A program made the translations under genes and the position numbers. A stretch of 64,000 bases of DNA, from NCBI GenBank assembly GCA_010093815.1, contig ML996575.1. The stretch is one strand, 5' to 3'. The first letter of the stretch is position 1, and each line of letters opens with the position of its first letter. The notes beneath the pieces are model-generated. The model saw nothing but the letters and a program-made list of their open reading frames with translations, was not told where the DNA came from and made no database searches. Below are positions 48,252-58,110 of the stretch, in pieces. This DNA comes from Pseudovirgaria hyperparasitica. Taxonomy: Eukaryota.

Positions 48252-50332
48252 ATGGAGGCCAACAATGGCCTTGCACCTCCTCCTCTTCATCTCCCAGATG
48301 GTGCCTGGACCCAGGGCCCCGTATCCCTCGCCCGTGGCCGTTCTGCAAAGGACCCCAGCGCTCAGACAGCTACCTACACCGTTCATTCTCTAGAAGAGTT
48401 CGAAACAGCTCTACGCGCATACCTTGATGACCCACCTCCCGATCCCGAACATGCGGAGGGCCATTTTCATTTTTGGCTCGGTGCGAGCTTCCTCGTGCAC
48501 CCCCCGGTGCTGTCACCCCAGGAGCGAGTAGCTCTCGAAGCTCATGCTCGTCGAGTTGAGCAGCAAGCAGCACAGCAACTCCAGGAGGAGGACCAGCAAC
48601 AAGACCCAACAAACCAATCGGCATATCCTCCTACAAGCCTGGACGCGCACTATGCTGCTGCTGCTCAGGCACATCGTGCCGCACAGAGAGCAATATACGC
48701 ACAGAATGCAAAGCTTGGCCCTCGACCCGATGGACGTACTATTGTAGCAAGATCAGAGGCTTGTGGTCTGCCATCGACCAAAATCTCCATGAGCATCTTA
48801 GAGGCCCTTCAACCTACGGCCGATCCCAAAGACCGTATGCGGAAGCAAAGAGCAATAGCGAAGGCCTGTATTGAAGCCATTCAGCGGGTAGATGGCTATC
48901 GGTACAGTTTCCACAACAATTGGAACAGCAGAGAGGACGACGCTTTCAGGTTTAGTTATTACTGTAACGATTCCCTGTTGAACAAAGATCGGGCCGCCAA
49001 TGGCAAAGGTCAGAAAGTTGGTCAGTAGATCCACCTTACATGGTGAGACTATGCTAACGAATAAGCCTTAACAGGTAAGAGGGCCACAAAGCCCGTGTAT
49101 GACTGCCGAGGTGTGCTTGCTGTCAAATTCTCGTCCGTGAAGCAGAGCTTGGAAGTCCACTATAAGCACATTCCGAAGCATAAGACGTATGAAGAGCGTG
49201 CCCCGCCACCCCGACGAGATTCCAAAAGAAGGAAGCGATTGGAGGCAGACGATCCAGACGCGTAAGCAGAAAGAACATTTGGGTTGTCTGGCACAGCTGA
49301 CCTCATGAGCAGTGTACCTCAAAAGAAGCCGCGTCCGCCGCCTAAGGAGAAAGATCTCAGCGCCCTGCCGAAGAAGAAGAAGGACAAGGCAAATAAAGAA
49401 CAGCCTGCAGACTCCATTGAAAGCTCTCTTAGGGCACAAAGTCTACAATCCTTGCTTGAGCTCATACGAGTTGACGGGCCCACCGGCAGTGGAACCAATG
49501 GTGACACTGCTCCAGCTGTTGATGCTGGGATACAAATTTTCCAGGCCACCCAAGCGAGTCCTTCCGGTACTCCAGATACTTCGCACCCTGCCAAGAGGCG
49601 ACCGAGACTTGCCTGTGATCAGTGTAGGTCGAAGCGAACAGCATGTGATCATGCTCGACCAACTTGCAAGTCTTGCAACACTCGAAGTCTTCAATGTGTC
49701 TACAACGATATGGCAGACAAAGCCTCTCGACAGTCTCTACCTGCAACTGGACAGTTGGCTCAGGCACCCAGCAACAACATATCAACTCCAAACACAACAT
49801 CAGCACCACCCGTCGTGCAGAAAGCTGCTGGCCCAACGCCATCGGATGACTTGATTTTGCAGAAGATGAAAGCTGACTTGGAAGCTGCTCAATTGCGTAT
49901 TGCTCAGTTGGAAGCCGAAAAGAACACGAGTCCAACCGTGTCGACCCGCACCGTGACGCCGAATACTATGAATAATATCACTCCACAGCCCCGGCACCGC
50001 GAAGTACTTCATCAGCAATATCAGCAGATGCAGCAGAGTGAGTGGATATAGATTTCAAGTATTTTGTGAGGCTAATGATCACAGATAATATGCACCCTCG
50101 CCACGACTATCCTCGCCAGCCGGTGCAGCCACAGGGGCAAGCGCAACAAGCTCCAGCCCAACCTTCACCGCAGCAACATCAACATCAAACGCACCACATG
50201 CAGGCCTCACAGCAGACGCAGTGGCCCGCACCTACATGGAACTCATACCAGTATCCGCAGACGTCGCTGCAGGCTCCGAGACAGGATCAGTGGAACAGTC
50301 GAACTAATACTGGCAACCTGTTCCGCCAATAG
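48252..50332 (+). CDS. Transcription factor with an internal Zn(II)2Cys6 cluster, coiled coil and Q-rich tail; exons 48252-49020, 49075-49261, 49313-50036, 50085-50332
   Basis: ACDQCRSKRTACDHARPTCKSCNTRSLQC; LQKMKADLEAAQLRIAQLEAE. Splice sites keep the frame. Confidence 0.82.
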
Positions 50333-51034
50333 AGTGCATGGTAGCTGCCACTCTCGACCCTTAATATGTAATTTTGTCAATGATGTTATGATTAGCGTAC
50401 ATTCTTCTGTTCCTTAGCGTCGTCTTGAGTAGTTACTGTTACGCGGACTTGTTGGAAAACTTTCGGGAATATGCGTTTGGATGGTATCATTCTACGGGTT
50501 CATGGTATTACACCATCTTATGACAGCGTTTGATTTGGCGGTACTTGTGTGGAGCTTCCTAGGCGTTTGCGGAGGCTGTCCGGACCACAGCGAGGCAACA
50601 GGTCGGAACACGATGTTGCTCACTCATTCATTCACACGGTTCTGAGTTACGAGATCAAAAGTTCTTAAAGTCATATAATCGTCACCTATCATCTCGTTTA
50701 GTCATTCATGTAAGCTGATTTGCCCACTTCCGGACACGACCTTCGCAAGTATACGCCCCATGAAAGTGAGGATCCTGCGTGAAGCCGGAAGACGGTATGA
50801 ATGTGCGTAGGTAAGGTGGAATATCTAAGCAGTGAACTCGAGGTGAGATTGTACAAGACAAGTTCTTGGGTTGTTCATCGTCACGGTCTGGACCCGATTG
50901 GTGGCGCTGCCCACTTGTTCTTTGTTTCTTCCTCAGCTCAGCCTCACGTCCATGGACTCTACCTCGAATCATCCGCCAACTCGTCATCTTGCTCTGCGTT
51001 ACGTGCGGACATAGTATGAGCGCAAGCATAAACT

Positions 51035-52966
51035 ATGACATCCGTCTTCGGCGTCTCGGCTGGCGACTTCATAGCTACAGGCATCTTGATCAAGAACCTC
51101 ATCCAAGCCTTGCGCGTGTCCGCCGCCTCCGAGCACCTCGAGCTCTGTTCAGAGCTCGACGGACTCAAGCGCGCGCTCCACGAGATCGAACATCTGAAAT
51201 GTAGTCCTGAGCAGGAGCGAGATGTGAATGCTGTGAAGGTCGCAGCGCTCCGCTGCCGGCATCCTTTGGAGGACTTCGAGAAGAAGCTCGTCAAGTATTG
51301 GAGCATTGGGACACAGCCGACGAGTACGACTGGACGGATAGTCAGGATTGGTCGGAAGGTGCAGTGGAGTGTGAGTATGCAGGACGATGTGGATAGGCTT
51401 AGGGCAGTGATTGCGGCGCATGTTGGGAGCTTGAATATGCGTCTTCTGACGCTGGGACTGTGAGTTGCTTGTGCTAGTACTATTTTGCTACCGTGTATTG
51501 ATTTGTGAAGGAATGCTATACTGTTGGAATCTAGCACTTTGGCTGATGCGTCCACGTCCTCGGATGCGCTCCAGCGGGAGATGCCTGCGATCCGCTCGGA
51601 GATTATCAACATGAGTGGAATGGTGTCAAAGAGCACCACAATGCTGTCGTCACTCAAAGACCTTGTAACTCTGTAACGGCCGTCGAGTCTGCCTGCTCAG
51701 GACTGACTGCTAACATTTGAGCAGGAATCTTGTGCCGCAACTCTCCCACTTGACTGATTTTGCACTCAAGATATGGACGACCAATTTGGATATCCTGGCA
51801 AAACTTTCGGATGTATCTAATCAGTTGGAGATAGATCTAAAGCACACTCATTTCCAGGCACAGTTCATATTCGAAGATGCATCGGGGAATATACTGCCTT
51901 TGCCGCCCGAGCTCGGATGGAGGGTACGTATGCCTGACTCCAGCCTCCAGACTCCAATTTTATGAACGAGACATGAATGAATGACCCTTACCATTTACCA
52001 CAGGGCATGAACGCCATCGTAAAGGACCGCTACCTCACCGGCCCAGGCCATCGCAAAATCGCCGCTGGCGAGTACGAGCTATTCCACACACGAGACCGCA
52101 ACCAGCTCATCACAAGCGATACATACCCTCTCCTGCCGCCCGGATCGCGCATAACGATGTCTCTGATCATCGGCCGCTACGAAGACTGGCAGTCGCGGAA
52201 TTGCTCGCGGCCGGGCTGTGCCTCGCGTAGCTTTAGCCGGACGAGTGCTGGTGGATGGACATGGTGAGCGAGCTCCACGTCCCTACATGCCGTACCGTTC
52301 TGTCAGTCCGCAGTGTTCTAAGTTTCCGCAAACAGCGATGCGTGTGCGGTCTGGTTCGACAAATCGCACACCATGATCCCCCGACCGTTCCGCGAGCTGC
52401 ACCTCGACGATCTCGACGACGTGTCCGCAAGCCTCCTCCACGCGCATCATGTTCCGGGGGGAGGCACAAAGCGCCGTGCGGCCGGGCTTGCCGAACGTCG
52501 TCTCACGGTGCGACAGATCTTCGATATGATCACCACACTGCGGGACGACCGGAAGTGGTTTAAGAATATCTCGGTTATCGAAAGTGATCTGTCGGATATC
52601 GAGGCGTATATCAGCTCGGCGACCGTGGCCGAGCATGGACGGCCGAAGAAAGTGCCGAGAGGAGCGCGGAGCTCGAAAGTGCGGGCGCCAAAAGGGGCGA
52701 TTGAGCGAGACCGGGAACTCGTTAGCAAGGCTTATGCCGTTGTGAGCGATCTTATAGGTTATGATGTGCTTGATGAACAGATAGAGGATTATGACACGAC
52801 GTTTGCTAATTTCGGCTTCGATTCTCTCCTGGCTGTCCAGCTGCCGTTGTCACTGGAAGAAGCGCTGGGGTATCGAGTCACGATAACACCATATGAGCTG
52901 ATGAGCCAGGAGATGACGATGGCAAAATTCAAGACGCTAATCCTGAGTGCCAATCCGAAGGCCTGA
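51035..52966 (+). CDS. 558-aa multidomain protein: HeLo/SesA-like N-terminal helical domain + ubiquitin-like domain + C4 zinc ribbon + acyl-carrier (PP-binding) domain; exons 51035-51459, 51511-51672, 51725-51923, 52004-52263, 52336-52966
   Basis: FGVSAGDFIA...LKRAL...KVQW...LRAVIAAHVGSLNMRL; FIFEDASGNILPLP...GPGHRKIAAGEYELF...LLPPGSRITMSLII; CSRPGC...WTCDAC; FANFGFDSLLAVQL. Spliced length 1677 nt, with no internal stop. Confidence 0.78.
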
Positions 52967-53192
52967 TGAAGTGGCTAGGGTTGGGCTTATACATAATACA
53001 TAGGAGGTCAGGTACACACTCTAGAGTTCTGTCAGTTTTGGGAACGTAACGCATCGACACCGGGCTCGATCGAAGATGTACCGAATGCTTCTTTCTATAA
53101 AGCGACAATTGAACGCCTACCTAATGCCCCCCTTATGCCCCCCTTATGCCCCCCTTTTCCCCCTTTTCCCCCTCTCTCCCCACCTACCTCCC

Positions 53193-55067
53193 TCACTCAT
53201 CCAAAACCCCCATAACCCCCTCCGAATCCCGCACCAACACCGCCGTCCGACTCAGACTCGCCCTGACCGGCTTCCGCGCACAGAAAATCTCCGTCAACTC
53301 CTCCAAAGTTCGCCTCCGCGTCTCCACAAAGAAGAAATAAATAAACACAAACTCCAGACTATCCCAGCCGATGAACAGGATATAGTACTTCCACCCGGCC
53401 CCCGTAAACGCAATCTCCGTCACAAAAGTATTGTAGAACCCGGCCAGATTGATCACGAAATTGTTGAACCCCATCCCCTTCGCCCTGCTCTCGTAGCGCA
53501 GACATTCCACCGGGTAGAGTGCTTGCAGTGGTGTGTAGCCGGCCGAGTACACGAATCCGAAGATGAAAATCAGGCCGATGATGGCCTTTGCCTGCGCAGG
53601 GCGCTGCACGGCAATCGTCCCGTCGTCAAGCGTAATGTACGCGCCCGTCACGCCGTCAGTCCGCAGATTCGTCGCGTTCAGCGCCGCAATGGCAGCAAAC
53701 AGCACGACAATCACAAACGTCGACACCAGCAACTGCGGCCGCCGGCCCCAGCGATCCGTAAACACGGCCCCGACCATCGCGCCGCCAAACGACACAATGT
53801 TCTGCATCCCGTTGTACAGCAGCCGGATGTTATTCCCCTCGATCCCGGCGCCGCGCAGCATGGTCGGGTAGAAGTACGAGACCGGCCCGTTGCCAGACCA
53901 CTGCCCGAAGACCGCCATCGCCGCGACAAGCAGCGTCCGGTAGCGCGTCTCCCGCGAGTCGAACAGCTCCCGGTAATCCCACCAGCGCTTGTCCGCGCCC
54001 GTGACGCTGATGTCCTCGACCATCTCCTTGTACTCGAGCTGCACGATCGGACTGTCGCGACAGCCCTCGCCGTGAAACCGCGCCATCACATCCAGCGCCT
54101 CCTCATGCCGATCGTTCGCAATCAGCCAGCGCGGCGTCTCGGGGAGGAACGGACTGCCCAGCAGCACGGCCCCGGAGAAGACAATCTGCAGCCAGATGGG
54201 CAGGCGCCAGGATGCGGTCCCGGGGAGTGTGGAGGTGGCAAAGGGGACAAAGGCGCCTGGGATGCCGCCGAGGAACCAGAATGTGTTGTAGATGCCTGTC
54301 ATTGTGCCGCGGTAGCTCGGGTGGGCCATTTCGGAGACGTAGGCGGGCCCGGCGGAGGCGCAGATGGCGACGCCGAAGCCGAGGGTGAAGCGGCCGAGCA
54401 TGAAGAGGGAGAGGTGGGTGCAGGTTGCCTGGATGGCGGTGCCGAGGACGATGACGGCGGAGCCGATGAACATGCCCCATTTGCGGCCTGCGGGATTGAG
54501 TGTCAGCCAGTGAAGTGGAATGTAATGGAGTTAGGGGGACGGGGGAAGTGGTGTTATATACCTCGAAAATCCGTCGCAGGCCCAGCAGCAAACGACCCAA
54601 GCAGGTTCCCGATCGTGTATATAGCATACACAATCCCCGTCGACGGCGTGCCCTTATCAATCGGGAAATTAAAGTAAACACGGTACTGCTCATACGTGTT
54701 TATCCCAGCCATCAACGAGCCATCATAGCCATTAATGCAGCTATTCAGCGTCGCCAGCAGCAGACACGCGTACAGCTATTCTCTCACACTTTTGCGTTAG
54801 TGACTTCCCCCCAGACGTACTATGGGTTTAAGTGAGAGACATAGTTACCGAAAACATATTCCGCGTCCACGGCGAGGGCTTCTGCCGCTCCGTCGCATCC
54901 GTCAGCGCGACATTATACGAGTGCGCGACCTTTGCATCCTCCTTTTCCCGCCCTTCCTCCTCCTCCTTCTCGCCCCCTGTCGCCGAACCCCTCGAGCGCA
55001 GCGCCCGCCGGCCCCGGTACAGCCCGCTCTTTATCGCAAACTCGCGCTCCTGGGACGACAGCGACAT
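53193..55067 (-). CDS. Second MFS sugar porter of the lactose/cellodextrin permease clade; 3 exons
   Basis: QKPSPWTRNMFS|LYACLLLATLNSCINGYDGS, DFRGRKWGMFIG, PETPRWL, TGADKRWWDYREL, VETRRRTLEEL. Confidence 0.9.
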
Positions 55068-55259
55068 GACGGTAGCGGCAACATGGGACGGGTATCTCTC
55101 TCTCCTTCCGAGCAGTTTGTTTGCGGAAAGAAAAAAACAAAAGGAGAGGCTTTAGGATACTGTGTACAAACTTGAAGCCATGTAGATGTATGTAAGAGCG
55201 AGAATTGCGTGAGGGAGAGGAGGGTGGTAGTTGGCAGGCGCGTGTATATATGCTGGAGG

Positions 55260-58000
55260 GTAAGCTGAGCTGAGCTGAGCTGAGCTGACGGGTAGGTAGG
55301 TAGGTAGGTAGGTAGGTAGCAAGTAGGAGGTGCAGTGTTATATGTAAGCTGCGCACGCGAATGAGGAGGAATAGACGAGACGATGGCGGACAAGGGATGG
55401 ATGGAATGGAATGGAATGGAGATTACCCCCGTCTTACAGCGCGCCACGGTTCTACAAAGGTCGGAAGATGGGGCCGGGGGGTTACAGTTGCGGTGGTGGG
55501 ATGGTGCGTTGAGAATGGCATGCTGTGGTGTCTGGGTTGGAGTCGTGGTGCATGAGGACATGCGATTTGCGCTTTCGGTTGGTGTGAATGCATGGCATCT
55601 AATTCTCAGCCTTGTGGATATGAATGTAGATATAGATCCATATGAATCCATACAGACACGCAGCCCAAACACACCCCCCTCCCACCGCCCCAAACACTCA
55701 TCCCAAAACCCACCAACAAGACAATCCGCACAGCCATCCAAGCAACACCTTCCATCAATCCTACATAGAGACCACAACCCCCCTCACCCCACATACACAA
55801 GCCACCCACTCCGTGTATCCCAAACGATTGAAAGCTTAGAAAAAAAAACATGGGTGCGTCGCATCCGGGCATTGGCAGCACGTAGCAGCCGTGCTGGGGA
55901 ATATACGGGTATCATGGAATGGGTGGAACTGCCATGGCAATAATGGCATGGGAGGAAGATCACACACAGACACGCATACACACACGCATACATCCGGGAG
56001 GATGGATACAATGTGTCGCGTGTGGCATGGTAGAGGTCGTCCTCGACGGTCTGTCTGTTCATGCATGCATCGAATTGAATAAGATACAAGCACCAGTCCC
56101 CGCTCTCCCCCACAAAATCGCAAACTAGCCCAGCCAAGCAGCCAGGCCAGACGCGGGGACGCGAGCCGGGGGTGGGGGGCGGCGGCGGCGCTGTCAAAGC
56201 GGCTAAAGCGGGCCGCGATCCATCGTTCTATTTAATTGACATCACCATCAACGTTAGAACAATTATCATCCCTGGGTAATTAACAATTAGCTCTTCTATT
56301 CCGACTGCTTTAAGCTCGATGGTTAATACCGTTTTCTTTATTACTACGACCGCACATAGTACATAGCACGAACGTCATCGTCGTTCCTCTTCTTCCTTTC
56401 CCTTCTTCCTCTCCCTCTTCCTTCCTCTCCCTCTTTCTTTCTCCTTCCTCTAATTATAATCTAGGCCCTATGACATGATAGAATAGGACACGACATGATA
56501 GGACACGACATGGCACGACACGATATCTCACGCCCAACCACGACACGATATACCACGCCCTACCACGACACGATATACCTCCCAGGAACTACGAAAGTAG
56601 GCTAGGTAGGCACTGTAGGCTAGGTACATACATCTATATCCTAGCACATCTTATACCCAAGCACAGCTTATCCATAGCTTACCGCCCAGCTCTATAAGAA
56701 TCTATACCTAGGCAAGCACGAACATCTAATTTCAATCTAATCTAATCTAACTTGAATCTAATCTACCGTATATCTAACTTACCGTATACTCAATACACTG
56801 TATATCTACTTACCGTATATCTACTTACCGTACTTCTACTTACCGTATATCCATTGGCCGTATATCTAACTTACCGTATATCTACGTACCGTATATCTAC
56901 TTACCGTATATCCATTGGCCGTATATCTACGTATTGTATATCTAATCCACGGATATCCGATCTGCCGTATGTCCACATCCATCTATATCCACATCCACAT
57001 CCACATCCACATCTATAATCCACGGATATAGAATGGCTAAGATAGGGATAAAAGCGGGGTAACGACCATTCGTTTACTTGTTTGTTTGTTTATCCATCCA
57101 TTCATTCATTCATTCATTCATTCATTCATTCATTCATTCATCCATTCATCCATCCATTCATCCAGCCATTTTAATCCTTGTATTCATCCATCCATTCATT
57201 TTCATTCCCATCACTTGAAACCTGAGCCTCGAACCTTGAGCCTCGAAGCATGAAACTTGACACTCGAGCCTTGAAACTTGAGCCTTGAGCTTTGAGCTTT
57301 GAGCTTCGAATTGTCGAGTTGTTCCTCGAATCGTTCTTCGAATCGTTCCTCGAATCGTTCCTCGAATCGTTCCTCGGATTGTTCCTTGCACACTACACTA
57401 CACCACTACCATACCACTACCATCGCCACCACCACCACAATGCCACCACCGCCGCCATTGAGCTGGCTTGATCTGGTCTGAACTGGTCCAATTTGGTCTG
57501 ATCTGATCTGGTCTCGTCTGGTCCAATCTGGTCTAATCTGGTCTGGTCTAATCTGATCTGACCTGGTTTCGTCTGGTCTCGTCTGGTCTGGTCTGGTCTG
57601 GTCTGGTCTGGTCTGGTCTGGTCTGGTCTGGTCTGATCTGACAGGACGAGACGGGACGGGACGTGACGTACAATATGGAGTATACTGGTTACTGGTTGCT
57701 GGTTGCTGGTGACTGGTTACTGGTCGCTGGTTGCTGGTTGCTGGTTACTGCTCGCTGGTCGCTGGTCGCTGGTTACTGGTTGAGCATGCAAAACTGAGAG
57801 GATTAGGGCGTTGACTAATACGGGAGATTGGTATATATATATAAATATGCATCACTGACTGTGGCGGAGAGGCTTGGTATATATCGGACATGAGCTGGGA
57901 CTATTCCATTGCGTTCCAATTCCAATTCCAATTCCATTTCCATCCTAATCCACTCCATTCCAATCCACTCCACTCCAATCCACTCCACTCCAATCCACTC
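55260..58000. repeat. Patchwork of micro- and minisatellites
   Basis: (GCTGA)n ~55264-55288; (GGTA)n ~55290-55318; 15-mer CCGTATATCTACTTA ~56765-56945; (TTCA/TCCA)n ~57090-57165; 12-mer TTCCTCGAATCG ~57322-57380; (GGTCT)n ~57470-57640; 7-mer CTGGTTR/CTGGTCG ~57685-57782; (AATTCC)n and AATCCACTCCACTCC ~57915-58000. Confidence 0.92.
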
Positions 58001-58110
58001 CGTCATCACAATCCTCGGAAACTCCCACGACCTCCCTCTACACCTCCCTTCCCCCTCCCTCCATCCCCAATCCCTCCTCCTACACATCACAATCCCAACC
58101 CCTCACCCTC

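Noticed and set aside
50959..51657. 232-aa minus-strand ORF
   Set aside because: Antisense to the HeLo-like exons; the plus strand has the motifs and splice signals.
53076..54677. 533-aa plus-strand ORF
   Set aside because: Antisense shadow of the GC-rich sugar transporter. It is R/P/H-rich with no motifs.
56752..57481. Repetitive ORFs (YLLTV..., IRGT..., FEER...) and a CRISPR-like appearance
   Set aside because: These are translations of tandem repeats. There are no unique spacers or cas genes, and the context is eukaryotic.
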